A stretch of 63,755 nucleotides of DNA, counting the filler, from Rhabdomonas costata (taxonomy: Eukaryota), in NCBI GenBank assembly GCA_019059605.1. It is 20 parts of 20 records of this genome, joined end to end, with 100 filler letters (N's around TTAATTAATTAA, not from the genome) between each part and the next. Parts side by side here need not be neighbours in the genome. Positions count along the whole stretch, not along the records: positions 47,982 to 51,052 come from JAHMHO010001431.1; positions 51,153 to 54,234 come from JAHMHO010001432.1; positions 54,335 to 57,407 come from JAHMHO010001433.1; positions 57,508 to 60,580 come from JAHMHO010001434.1; positions 60,681 to 63,755 come from JAHMHO010001435.1; 15 more parts are not named here. One strand, 5' to 3'. The notes under the pieces are model-generated. The model saw only the letters and a program-made list of their open reading frames with translations, ran no database searches and had not been told where the DNA came from. A program made the translations under genes and the position numbers. Shown piece by piece: positions 48,287 through 61,124 of this stretch (position 1 is the first letter of the stretch; each line of letters begins with the position of its first letter).

Positions 48287-50768
48287 CTCCCGCGCAAGGC
48301 TCATCAGCCTTTTGGCAGGGTAGTACGGCATGTTGAAGAAGTCCACAAAGTTCCCGAACATCGCGGTGGGGAGAAATAGCGCCCCGTCCTCCGGGACTAC
48401 TCCTTTGTTGGGGCGAAACGAAGTTGCGGCAAACTCGCGAAAGGAACCAAGAGCGGAGCGCATAAGCAGCAAGAGGAACGATGCATTGGTTGGACAGGCC
48501 CTGCTAAGCAAATTTAGGTTGGTTGTGCACACTCAGAAAAGTTAAGGTAAGGTAGTGTTTCTTCTTCTAATAGGAAGAAAGGCGAGTTTTGTGCTCTGCA
48601 AGGTGGTGGGTCCACCACACCCACCTATGCTGCTTAACTGGGCCTCGGGGAGTAGCAGCTTGGCCCAATCATGGCGCTGCACGGGCAGGGGGTCCAGAAA
48701 GATCACCGGGGTGGTGAACAGGGCGTGCCACCCGAAGAGCCTCCACGTGATGTACAACATCACCCACAGGCCCTCAAACATGTAATGCACGGGATTCGGC
48801 GCCCTGGTGGCCGTTCCTGCACCAGCGGGGTGGCCATGGGCGAATATGAAGTACCATTCGCCTCAATCTCTCACGGATGGGCTAGCCAACCGCGCCAGCC
48901 GACTTGTGAAACTGCTGTGAGCCTGGGGGGGGGAGGTCACCCCGATGCTAACTTCGCTTCTTTTTGGCTCTTTTGGCATTTGATAGAAATTTTTGGGTAA
49001 CTTTGCGGTTACGAGAAGACCTAGCAGAAATGTGACCATTGAAGCAGCAGCAGCAGCAACAACACTGCCGTAAGCCCAGCCTGACTGTTATGGTTCTAAA
49101 CGCATTTTCCAGAACTGGCTCGGCTCTGGAAGAAAGGGGCGTCTCATCTGGGGAAAACCTTCCGTGGCAGGCACGCAAGCGAAAGCAGAGAAACCTGTTT
49201 TCCATCGCCCGAACAGGTATACGGGGCCAGTGTAGCGGCGTATGGCAATCCCTTTGAGCTCGCGGGTGACCGCAGGAGCAGAGGTCACCACCAGTGGGAC
49301 TTTGCACCACACCAGCTGGAAGTCCCCTTGACATGCCTGCATAGCCACAACGACCTTAATCCTCACACTTGACCTTGATGTTTTGTCGGTTTCTGTTTGG
49401 CTCCAATACTTTGGCAGCCCCACCATTTCAGTCTAGGAAGGGTTTCCGGGTAAAATAGGGTTCGGTCGCGTTGTGTATCTTGAGGACGGCACGAGAGAAG
49501 TCCTTCCACCCAGGAACAAGAAAGCAATGGTTAATCACTGAGAGAAGCGCTGACAGCTCAGCGTGACCTTAGGAGATTGCTGCTCAGAGGTTGGGAAAGT
49601 GAGGCGAGAGGACAAATAACTCACTGGTCCCCTTCAAGGAAGAATAACGCAGTTGACTGAAACAGTCCTCTCATCGCTGGAACTCTGGTGCAATGGAGCT
49701 GGGGAGCTATCAAGGAGCAAACATGCAAAGTTAAAGAGGGAGAGACCTGGACCATCGATCCATTCTGGACTTTCCCCTGCCGGGAACCCCCGCTGCCCTC
49801 TCCGGCGACGTACAGCAGGCGCTTCACACCGGTGCAGTACCGCTGAGCCCGCAGCGACCTCCGGTAGCATTTCAACCCCCACAGCACAACCAGAGTGACG
49901 TTGTGGAACAGGCAGCACGCTGAGGGAGCATGGCAGCCCGGCCTTGGCCCCGGGAAGCACTGCTGGGAGGAGGGCGGCCATTCCACCAAGCCTGCGGAAG
50001 ATGCACTCGGAGAGGAAGGACGAGGCCCGAAGGCGATGGGCACTCTCGCGCCATGATCACGATTTTGACAACCATGAGATGACTCGAAGAAATGACTGAA
50101 GAATTAGCTCAAGAGTTCGGAGGGTGTTCATCACGGTCATCACAATGGCAAACCAATGAATCGAAATGGACTGTTTCGTCAATTAGGGGATGCCTCTCCG
50201 GCTCTCCGGGCTGTCGGTCGGTCCGAAAATTGCACTTGACACCAGGAGTGAAACGACGACCCTTTCCCCGAACCCTATTCACTTACTTCTTCACCACACC
50301 GTTTTGCACAAAAACCTTCTCGTTTCTTTTCCCTCCCTTGTTAATTTGTCATAACTAAAACACCATTGTCCACCTCATATGCCTCGGAATGATCACAGAT
50401 TAGTTAAAGATAAAAAATGCCAAACCAATACGTTTCTTCTCCTTGCTCGTCCGCGAAAACAGTTCTTCCCCTTGAGCTGAGGACGCCGCTGCAATCGCTC
50501 GCGCACCCCCTGGGGGGATTACACGGGTGGAATCGTTGAGTACACGCCGGAACCACCGTACACTTGCAGGAGACACCCCCACGGGGCTCCGAGTTATGCC
50601 ACTGTTGCTGCTGAGGGTGGTGAGGTTAACTGTCACGGCAGGATCCCTCCAGAGTGCGGCGAGCTGACGAGGCTGGCGCTGCGCGCTCCACCGATGCTGC
50701 CGCAGAGCCAGAGCGAAGCACACCACAGTGAGCACGGCCACCCAGGCCACCCGCCAGATCTCCACCAT
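48287..50768 (-). CDS. Type II membrane protein, possibly glycosyltransferase family 61-like, partial, multi-exon
   Basis: N-terminal anchor MVEIWRVAWVAVLTVVCFALAL and a stem region, then CCLFHNVTL, NPVHYMFEGLW and GALFLPTAMFG in GT-AG bounded exons. The family assignment is weak. Confidence 0.45.
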
Positions 50769-51937
50769 CACCTCATCGTGGCCGGTCCTCCCGCGGCCAG
50801 CGCTGCTGCGTTCCAGCAGGGCCCCCAAAGTGCTCTGGCGTTGCTGCTCCGCAATTCTTGCGGCGGCAGAAAACACCTTACGCCAGATTGGCCTCGGTTA
50901 CAGGCCTCTGGATTCTCTCAAAAAAGAGGCGCACAGGGAGACAGATATTGCGAAAGACGGCCTGCGGAATGAAGCGACACAAAACCGGGAACCATGTCTG
51001 AATAAAAGCTGAGCGGGGAATCTTAAGGTCGCAGCCGTTTTCGTCACATCAANNNNNNNNNNNNNNNNNNNNNNNNNNNNNNNNNNNNNNNNNNNNTTAA
51101 TTAATTAANNNNNNNNNNNNNNNNNNNNNNNNNNNNNNNNNNNNNNNNNNNNGGGGGGTTGGGGAAAGACGGCTTCCGGGATCAAGTATGGAGCATCCAG
51201 GGACAACAGAGACGCAGAGCAGGAGAGGCCGACGGCAGGAAAGGGACCCCCGAATCTCCTGGGGCAAGACATGAAAGCCGCAGCCGAGCACGTGTGCCCC
51301 AGGAGTGCGACGCTGGAACGGGATGGCATGCAAGTTCCAACGGTGTCCCTTTATGCACCCGAGAGAGGTCCCAGTGCGCTGAGGTACAAGCAGACCATCG
51401 CGCATCGCAAGAAATCAGAGCCCTTATGCTACCACCAACGGGAATCGACAGTACTCGCAGACGCACCAGGGCAAGGAGTCAGTGAGGCAACCCCGAGGTA
51501 CAGGAGGTTCAACGGAAGCGGGCAGGAATAGCCCGCAACGCAACTATAGACTGATGTGCTGGCACGGCAACGACTGTAGACACCCGTTCACCTATCCGAA
51601 AGAAAAGCTCAAAGGGTCGTTCCCACGAGAAAAGGCCCCAGCCCCCCAAGGTAGGAGTGCAGGCCCCCACAGACCTGAGCAGCAATGGAGCAATGCAGGA
51701 AGCTGCTGGAAAAGAGCAGCTGCGCGACAGGCCCGGGAACCGTGGGGCTGAAGGGAGGTTACCATATGTGGAACGTTCGACGGTGAGCCGGTTCCGGTTT
51801 TCCCACGGCACCATTCGCTCCAACGGCACCTCTCGCAAGCACTCGTGGCCAACAGCACGTGCGCCCGCCAGTCCACAACGGTCACCAACAACCAGCCAAC
51901 CAGGCAACCAGGCAATAGCCAGCGCCTAATGCGCCCA

Positions 51938-51958
51938 AACACACACACACACACACAC

Positions 51959-51990
<32 letters not shown>
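51938..51990. repeat. Compound (CA)n(GA)n microsatellite
   Basis: Read directly. Confidence 0.93.
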
Positions 51991-51995
<5 letters not shown>

Positions 51996-52349
51996 TGACA
52001 CACTGACTGGGGCCGCTGCCTGAAAGGCAGCGTTGTTCAGGCATTGATTGGGATGCGCCCAAGGCTTACACAAAGAGACACTGACAGCTTCGCTCCGCAG
52101 GCACACACGCACACTCGCACACATATTAACGAACATATTGCATGGATTGAAAGCAGTTTGAAGTGCACTTTCCCGCATAATTATCCAATAGCTGTAGCTC
52201 TTATGCTGAGCTGTGTGTTGATGGGGAGGACACGTGGAGTATTGGAGTGTTTTGGAGGAAGGTGCAGTGAGGGGTTGAACTAGCAGTGAAACGGCTGCTG
52301 GATTTTTCCGAGTGGGATGAATGACCGCCCGGGGGGAGGGGTAAAACAG

Positions 52350-53199
52350 CTACTGAATGAGCAGCTGAAGGCGCAGACGGAGTATGCCGAGCAGCAAACC
52401 GCGGAGCTGCAGGGATTGGTGCAGACCCTGGAGACCACGGAGGCTGCGCTGGAGCAGAGCCGGGCTACGGAAGCCCGTCTCGGAGTGGAGGTGCCTCTGC
52501 ATCGGGGGGGGGGATAAAACAAGCCATTTGAGGATCTCAGGCAGAATCTGAGGCTAAGAGAATTAAGAAGTGAAGTGGAGGAAACTGAGGGTGTAATGCG
52601 CTCTCAAAGTTACTCAAGGACCTCTAACCAACAGAGGACAGCGAGTGATCCACACCCGAAAAAGCGTTTATTTAAGGGGGGGATTGATCCGTTTCAAACA
52701 AGGGGGGATTGATCTGTTTCAAGCAAAAGTGATATAGCAGCGTCATGCCGCTTTTTTCGTCGTGTGACAACATTACTGTATTGTGATATCACTATGCTTT
52801 GATATCCCTTCATGTGTTCATCTCGACCGTTAACTTGCCGCAACCCGCAACCCCTTTGCAGCTCCCCTAGCAAACGTATTGTGAAGAGCTGAAAGTTAAA
52901 AGATCATTCCTCACTCACATCCACCTCCACATACGTGTACGCTGAGCATTTCCCCCAGCAGGGGTGCCCAGGAAGTGTGAGAGACGCAGCCACACTGCTC
53001 TGCTTATGCCCGGGTAAAGTTTTGAAGTCTGGGGGGGGGGGGGGTGCAACGCTCTGTATCTGTTCTGTATCCTTAGCTGAAGACTCAGGTGACGAAATGT
53101 ACCAGCTGGGAGGTGCAGTACATGGAGCTGGCCCGCAATAACGAGATGCTTTTGGAGGAGTTCAACACCATGAGGGGGGAGTACGCCGAGACCCTCAAG
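52350..53199 (+). CDS. Coiled-coil protein, two internal exons
   Basis: Exons 52350-52490 (LLNEQLKAQTEYAEQQTAELQGLVQTLE..) and 53077-53199 (LKTQVTKC..YMELARNNEMLLEEFNTMRGEYAETLK) are heptad-like and GC3-rich. Confidence 0.65.
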
Positions 53200-54136
53200 G
53201 CCTCTCTCTCTCTCTTCTCTCTCCTCCACCTCCACCACCGCTTCCTATACTGGCTGAGATACGGCACTCAACCGGAGAAGGGGGAAGACAGCACGGTGCG
53301 CTGCACTGAGAGAATGCACACACACCAGTGACCAGCGAAAGAGCAGCAAAGTCAAGTCAGCAGTACTACTCCCAGCCAAGTCCTTGGGAGACTCCAGAGA
53401 CCCCAGGAGGTCAGCCAAAGAAAAACATGCGAAACGAGGATAAAATAGTCGAATACACAGAGTTTTACCTCAATTTGGTACACTTTCCTTCATGAGGAAA
53501 CTTGAAAGCCAATGGGGGGGTAATGATTTTCCTTTTCCTATGGTTGTTGCTCTTTCGCTCGCCCTGAAAGCCTTTGGAGGGCTTTGGGGGAGCAGCGGCT
53601 GGTGTGGTGGGTGGAGCTTGCGCTTAATCAGCCGCTGCAGTGGAGCGCACCTCTGCGTTTTTTCGGTGTAGGCCTTCTCGAAGGACGCGCACGCCAGCCT
53701 GGCCCACACCCTACGAACTCTTCCTCAGCCCACGCGACCCTCCCCGGCACTGCAGTCTCTCATCGACGGTCGCTTCGCCCGTCACCCGCGCTTCCTTTCT
53801 TCACCTTTCGGCGTTGGTCCATATGTTTAAAACATTCATCACTCCTCAGGCCACATTCGCACCGTTGCTTTTTTATTGCGCCGGCCTTAACTCAAACCCC
53901 CTAAAACAAGGAAAAATCATGCCAACGATCGTGATTACATCTAGAAAGTGCAGATTCTTTTTTTCTTTACAAACAACCCCCCAAAGGTCCTAAGGGTCGA
54001 TTTGACCGTCCCCCGGAAGGGGGATAACCGCTATAACCCAATGGGTCAATGTAGACTGATGTTTATGAGCATTACGACACGGGATTACAGCCTGATTTTG
54101 ATTAGTTTCTGCCCGGGATTTCTTTCGAAGGCTCGC

Positions 54137-54229
54137 TGGGTCCTAACCCGCCCAATGCGGTCCATTAAGAATATCATTCCATCACGGGATGATATTATTA
54201 ATGGACCGCATTGGGCGGGTTAGGACCCA
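54137..54229. repeat. Contig-terminal inverted repeat (32-bp perfect arms, imperfect inner stem)
   Basis: 54137-54168 is the reverse complement of 54198-54229. Confidence 0.95.
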
Positions 54230-54912
54230 ACAACNNNNNNNNNNNNNNNNNNNNNNNNNNNNNNNNNNNNNNNNNNNNTTAATTAATTAANNNNNNNNNN
54301 NNNNNNNNNNNNNNNNNNNNNNNNNNNNNNNNNNTCTTCAGATTCCCAAGAATGCAGTTTGTTTGTTGATTTTCATTGTCACACCCACACTTATCACGGC
54401 TTCAGCGACTAAAAACGTCATCGCCCTTTCAGGGCAGACATAACGTCGGCAAGTGGGCGCACTGTAACAAGGATAAGTGCACCAATTCGCCCCCTCCCCG
54501 ACACGGCAGGCAGAAAAGTGCAGACTGCTAGACTACCGCATCGGCCTCAACTTTAGCAAGAACGAGCAGCAGAGGCAGTTTTGAGATTTAGACGAAACAA
54601 GAACGCATACAGCCGTCCCGCTTTCTCTCGTTCTTCGTCCCATCAGTTGTACGGTTAACACCAGTGACAACCGAGGTGTCCCCTTCGTATTTCACGAAAT
54701 GGGTTAGTTCGCTTTGTGTTTTGCGCATACTATGGGAAAAGCAATTCCAGATGTTTTACACGCACAAGAAAAAAGTGCCGGTGTCAGTAATTTTGGTTTG
54801 GAAAATAATTGCGTCAATTAGTCGTGTGATGTGGTCGAATGGGAATTGGTACCGTCGTTGTTTGCGCACCAGCCTTTCTGCAAATCAACATTACATGGAT
54901 GTGGGGTTCCAG

Positions 54913-56481
54913 GGGTGTGTCATGGCTGAGGCACTTTTACGACGCCCTCTGTTCCCGCCGGCGTCGGCTCTGGCCACTCTGGATGTCATGTTTGAAATCT
55001 TGGGCACTCCAACTCTTGAGGACTGGCCAGTATGTTTCCTCAATTTTCGTCCTCCCGTCGATTCGTGCGTCAGTTGGATATTTGCTGAGAATTGGAGCAG
55101 CGATTCTCATGATTCTAAGCGGATTTTTTATAGCGTTGGGGGGAGGGGGCTTGAGGTAATAAATGCTGTGTCACCCCGGTAGCGATGTATGGCACAGTTG
55201 GCGCCTGCCTCCACCATTCTGCTTGCCGCATGGCCCGTCCGCTCATGTGCACACTGTTTTTTTCTGAGGGGTAAGAGCTTCCGCTTCTCCGGTGACGGTT
55301 GCGGCTGGGCTCGATACATTCCCTAATGCTGCTCAATTCGTTTCCGCGTGCGAACGTCAGGAAAACAATTGCAGTAGGAAAAGGTGGGGGGTGGGGTCAG
55401 CCTGATTCCGAATTTTGTCTGTCCTGCCTGCGCTGTTCAAACAGATACCATCTCCGTTGGCAAAGGGAAACGTTGTGTAATGTAATGTAATGTAATGTGC
55501 TGGTCCTTCTCATGGGGGGCTGTGCGCTGCTCGCTTTTTGTTGGTGATGTTTTTGCCTGCTTTTTGGCTGTTTTTTTTTTCGCAGTTCGGATTTCATGGG
55601 TTGTTTGTATGCAGGGATGTGCAGAATTGTCCCACATGAACTTCGTCCAAAGAGCAGTCGTGGGGACAGGGCTGAGAGAGGTTCGTGCGTGTCTGTATCA
55701 TTGCTTGGGGTATGTGGGGTGGTGAAATTTTCGGTGTGGTTTTCTTTCTCTGTGAATGAGTGGGTGTTGGTGTGGGTGTGGGTGCGGGTGCGGGTGTGTG
55801 CCCGATGGGCCCATGCCCCATCGAAAGGTGGGAGTCCCGGGGGGGAAAAGGACCTCCAGTTCTCCCCATAAAAATTCATCCTTGCCAAGTGCACCAGGTG
55901 TGTGCGTGCGTCTGTGAGTATTGGTACTGCTTCTCTCTGGCAATTTGTGTGATGGCATCGATTGAGGCCCATGCTCTGATAACGTTCTTCCTTGTTTTGC
56001 CATTGCAAGTGAAGGGGCGAAAAAGGTTAAATGTGATTCGGACTCATACTGACAGAATGAACAGTTTTCTTTTGTTGTTGTGCCCCCCACTCCACCCCAC
56101 TCACCCCATACCCTACCACCCAAAACAGAAGGGAAAGGAAACTCTGCGTGCACGTTTGTGCCCGATGGAGGTTTTGGAGGTTTTTAGTGCGGTAAGTGCG
56201 TTGAGCCTTGATTGAGCCTGCCTTGTGTAACGGTTTCGTCCCTGAGATACTACTCCTCAAAAGCTTTGACGAACGCACGACCGGAGCGGGCACGGGCTCT
56301 CTTTGTTCCTTTGCGCTGCGCTGCTCTCTTCGAAAGATGCCCTGTGGTACCCCCCCCCCCCCCCCGCCACTATACACAGGCATTGCGTCAGCGGGGCAGG
56401 CCGGTGGTGTCGGAGCCTTGCCTGGACTGCCTCTCTCGTCTGCTAGCTTTGAATCCGGCCCAGAGGATTTCTCCCGCTGAG
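54913..56481 (+). CDS. CMGC (CDK-like) protein kinase, subdomains IX-XI
   Basis: Phase-0 exons 54913-55029, 55615-55680 and 56380-56481 give GCVMAEALLRRPLFP..MFEILGTPTLEDWPGCAEL..CLDCLSRLLALNPAQRISPAE. Confidence 0.85.
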
Positions 56482-58936
56482 GTGCGGGGCGTCTGCATAT
56501 GTCTGTCTGCTGGAGCTTCCATTCCTCTGGGGGCAATATTTCGAACTCAACCACACCTCACCAAAACGGTTGTTTTCTCCGAAAACTTCATTATCGCCCA
56601 AGGGCAAAGAATGAGTAACCACAGGCACGAATTGCAGCGCAGAGCCAAAGGGGTGCAGTGCTCACAGGTTTTCGATCAGGCATATTACATGGGAAGGGCG
56701 GGAGGGGTGCGCGTGTGTATTTCTTGATAATGTGAAGATTTGAAACGGCTGTGGGAGACCCTAAACCCTTCGGGGACAACGGGGTCAGTTTGTGCAGGGG
56801 CCCTTCTCTAACGCCAGGCCATTTGCGTGAACCCCAGTGCGAAATCATTTGGGTAATCTCTGTTTTCCGTGATTGTAAATGATTATACATGACCTTAAAT
56901 CGACGTACTGGTGATGTGCATGCGGATGGGTCCAGCGGGGCATAGTAAATCTTTTTCAAATCGCTCACTGTACTTCACACTGCTTCCCCTCCGCTGGGTG
57001 GGAGATGGAATGTAGGTCCTGTTTTCTGCCCGTCCGTGTCAGAGTTCCCCCAAAAGCTCAGCGGTTTTGTTTTGGCTTCAAGGCTGTGGTGGTAGAGTAG
57101 GGGAAGTGGTGGAGTTCAGTCCACTAAAATTGAGAGTTGTATGTTTCAGCACCCCATGCACCCCAACGTTTCAGCAAGTGTCAGCAATTTGTTCGGAATG
57201 GGTGCTCCTGAGGTGATCTACGACCGCAACTTCCATGTGACAATTGGGCCAGAAGGCTCCTTCCCCCATATATTCCTGCCGCTGGGCCTTCCCTGTCTCC
57301 TGTGATATGCCTTGGTGGAAAATCTGTGTGCGCCTGCTTTATGTTAACGGTGCGTGTAGGGTTCCTTCCTAACCGCAGCCCGCCCCCACACCCACCACAC
57401 CCACCACNNNNNNNNNNNNNNNNNNNNNNNNNNNNNNNNNNNNNNNNNNNNTTAATTAATTAANNNNNNNNNNNNNNNNNNNNNNNNNNNNNNNNNNNNN
57501 NNNNNNNTTGTTGGGGTTCCAAAATGATTCGGAACACCTTAATCACATTAGCAAAAACACTCAAGTGAAACCTGACAATAGTTGTGAACAGGTAAAAATG
57601 CCAACAATATTGTGAAATGGAATGCTTCAATGGAGCGGAGCAATTCAGAATTTCTCACACTTGTAGACCCAGCACCTCAAATCCAACCAAACGTTGAAAC
57701 CTCAGGTGGTCAGGTCTTTGCCCTGTTCCTCTTGAAATTCAGCCAACCCCCCCCCACATTATGACTCCTCTAACACTGGAAATGGTAAACGTCACTGAGA
57801 TGAAACAGATCAAAAACATGATGAAACAAATACATGAAAAGTTCGGCGACATCCACCAAAAGCAAATGAAGAGATCAATAATTTCATGCTACGACTGCCG
57901 CTCTGTAATTTTATGTAGTTTCACAATTGAGTAACCGGCAAAAACAAGCCACGTATCATATCTGAAATCGGATATTGCAGCATTCCTTTTTTTCGTGGAA
58001 AAGAAAGAAACAGCAGAATCCTCTCATTCGTGACAACAGTCATTAGACTTGGTATCCCGAATCTTGCCGTGAAGCTGGTCAAACACTTGCTAGAAGCATT
58101 TCACAGTTTCCACTTGGGTGGCAGAGTGAATTTTGCCGTCCAAGATTCAGCACAGCAGCTTGATGAGTGTATTGTTCTTTGCTGACGAACACAGTCATTT
58201 TTGAACACTTGCCCGCTCAATGGCAGAGCTAACTGTTCCGTTCCCATTTAATGTTATTCATGAATTGTTATGAAGCAGCAACTCAAATGCATTTTCATCA
58301 GATTCCAACACAACACATTTTTGTAATTTGTAAATTGTGGTTTCTGCATCCACCATAGGGGGAAATACTGCTCCTTTTCCGTTCAACAGCTGCATTACCC
58401 GACGACCTGACGCACACATTGCAGTTCAGGTGAAAAGGAAACCAAACATTCAAATCCTTGAGAATAGGGACCCCGCGAAAGCCCGATGCCAAAAATTGAA
58501 AACTGGGACCCAACTACAGCCACTAACCTGTGATAGCCCGACAGACTGCGGTAGTCTAGTTTCACTGGTTTCACATGCCCTCCTTTCGAGCCCGCTTTTG
58601 GTGAGACAAACAACTTAAGATTTGGGCTTCGGAGCGTTCAGAGCAAGACAATTTTTATGAAATAGAAAAAGTAGCCCGCTGCCGAGGTATTTTTGCTTGC
58701 TTCCGAAGTGACGCGATTTATGATTGACAATTATTGGAAATGACTGATTACGTTTGTGATAAACAATGGGAAATAGTCTTAGACTATTGAAAGGTAGATG
58801 AGAATCTCACCCCAACCCCTCCAAAAAAACAAAGTCCTGAAGGCACCTGCTGACATAAAATCATTGAGAGTTAGACTACCAACAGCAAGCCGACCGGGAG
58901 TACCGCAGGCAATACGGGGAGTCGCTACGTAAACGC

Positions 58937-59812
58937 TCACCACCCGTGAAGCAATCCGATGCCACTCAACATGGACAACCCCTCGTTGAAGTGCAGCCCG
59001 AACTCCTCGCCGGTATCGGTCTCGAGAAGCTCATCTTCCTCACTTTCGTCGTTGCCGTCGTCGTCTTCGTCGCTGTAACCGCAGCCGTCACCGCTCAGCC
59101 ACACGGTAAAGCCCCTGGGGTGGCCCTTCCAAAGCTCACGCAGCTTCTCCACTTTGGCATGGGAGTGGACCCCCGCGAGCATCTCAACCCTCACCATAAC
59201 GGAAGCTGGGCACTCCCCTGCAAGCCTGCATAACGCCGAAAAGCAGCCTTCCGTCACCCTTGCCGAGTCAAGCACAAGTGAAAAACTTTGCAATCCGGGG
59301 ACGTGCACGACCTGCAGCATCTGCAGCCAGTATTCCTCGCGGGGGTGACCTCTGATGGCACCCCATCCACATCTCTCCGACGTCTCCATGCCACAACCCC
59401 ACCGTCCTCGGGATGCGGTGAACCTCAGCAACACTGCTGAGCACCCGCGGAGCGTCCGCAGAGACCCCACCCGTCGAAGCAATTCCTCGCTTGCCTCAGA
59501 CGAAAACCTCTCCAGGCTCAGCCGCTGCATCACCACTTGGGAATCCCGCAGCGCCTCAAGGAACTCCGAGACCGCCATGTGAGAAACCTCTCGACCGACG
59601 CGCACTCCAAGCCGACGCACTCCGGCCCTCAGGATGGCCTTCCAGTGCTCCCCACAGGGAAGCTCTGCGGGGCACCACCCATCGGCATCCACCCAGAGGT
59701 ACTTGTTGTGGTGGAGGTCCGCCCACCGCCGACACACCCCGCACACGCTGCTATGCGACACCACAAAGCTGAAGATGACTAGCATGCAGTCCGGGGGAAT
59801 AGCAGAAAGCAT
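58937..59812 (-). CDS. F-box-like protein, intronless, acidic tail
   Basis: Complete 291-aa ORF. The N-terminus LSAIPPDCMLVIFSFV..VCGVCRRWADL fits the F-box consensus; degenerate LRR-like repeats and a D/E-rich C-terminus follow. Confidence 0.7.
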   Translation of the reverse strand: MLSAIPPDCMLVIFSFVVSHSSVCGVCRRWADLHHNKYLWVDADGWCPAELPCGEHWKAILRAGVRRLGVRVGREVSHMAVSEFLEALRDSQVVMQRLSLERFSSEASEELLRRVGSLRTLRGCSAVLLRFTASRGRWGCGMETSERCGWGAIRGHPREEYWLQMLQVVHVPGLQSFSLVLDSARVTEGCFSALCRLAGECPASVMVRVEMLAGVHSHAKVEKLRELWKGHPRGFTVWLSGDGCGYSDEDDDGNDESEEDELLETDTGEEFGLHFNEGLSMLSGIGLLHGW

Positions 59813-60821
59813 ATTCCACTGCGAGGTGGCGGCCTTTGGATGGTGTCAAGCCGAGAGCCTCATCGCGGGCCAAGGATGCCCTTGGACCATTTTCGTTAGT
59901 TACGACCGACATCTTGACCGAGTCGTGGGTGATGCCCTCGCAGTCAAGGCACCAAAATAGCATCAGAAGCCCACAGCAGTCCTGTGAGGGCAAGGCAAGT
60001 TTTTGGATGCACCTTTCCTTGGAACCCCATTATCAGCTCAAAAGCACATCTGAAGGTGGTTTTGACGATCCCGATGGGGCAAGCAGAGTTCAAATGGCGT
60101 CTTCCAACGCACGGTCCATCTTCTATTCTGGAGTCTCCGACTTCGCGGTTTCTTCGACTGCTCCGCGTCGTATTTTGCACACTGAGAGCGCTGTGCGGAC
60201 AGACAAGCACAAAGCGCCATCCCTCAACCCTTGAAAAGGCATCAAATCACACAGTTTCGCCGCAATATATCGGTGAGTAGTCAGCAGCCATCCCGTAAAC
60301 ACGCTTGATAAAAAACAGATGAAATTTCGGAGGATGGGGTGTTGATTCACACAGGCACCTCCAGCCTCACGAAAACACACGCGGTGTGCCTGTGTGTGGG
60401 TGTGGCAACACGTGCGCGCTCAGGCATGCACACATCCTATGCAGGGCTTCCGGGTTAATCTTTCCCTGGGGAGACCGATTGTCTTTCCCCTTCATGTCCC
60501 TACACTGCCCCTTCATCTTGAGATGCGCCCCCGCGCAAACAGGAACGAAACTAGCAGAGGGCAGAGGCACCCCAAAAACANNNNNNNNNNNNNNNNNNNN
60601 NNNNNNNNNNNNNNNNNNNNNNNNTTAATTAATTAANNNNNNNNNNNNNNNNNNNNNNNNNNNNNNNNNNNNNNNNNNNNGTGGTTGTGTGTATGTGCCT
60701 CACTTGCGTTTTGCATGTGCACGCCGTGTCCTCGATCTTATTGCTGAGGATCACACAGCCTTTTTATTTGCATGTGTTGTATGTGTGTCCTTGATGTTTT
60801 GTGGACACCTTTGGCTTAAAG

Positions 60822-61088
60822 GACTTCACCATGATGGTCGTACACAAGAAGGGTTTCTGCGTCTGCCCTGCATGGGACTTTCTTCCCCAGGTAAAGTCGG
60901 ACAAGAAGCAGCGGGTGCTGCGCATCGACTGCGAGTCCCGGGCCCAGCTGCGGAACATCCTCGGGGCGAAGGCCACGGGGTTCATCGAGGAGGACGTCTG
61001 TGAGGGCTTGAAAAGGCTGGTCAACCGCTTTGAGTCACCCTCTCTTCGGCAGCAGGCACCGTTTGTTTCTTGCTCATCTGATGTCCCG

Positions 61089-61124
<36 letters not shown>

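Noticed and set aside
3067..60680. Regularly spaced TTAATTAATTAA motif and ~3.07-kb periodicity as biology
   Set aside because: It is an assembly linker inside N runs, and the near-equal lengths are consistent with contigs sorted by size.
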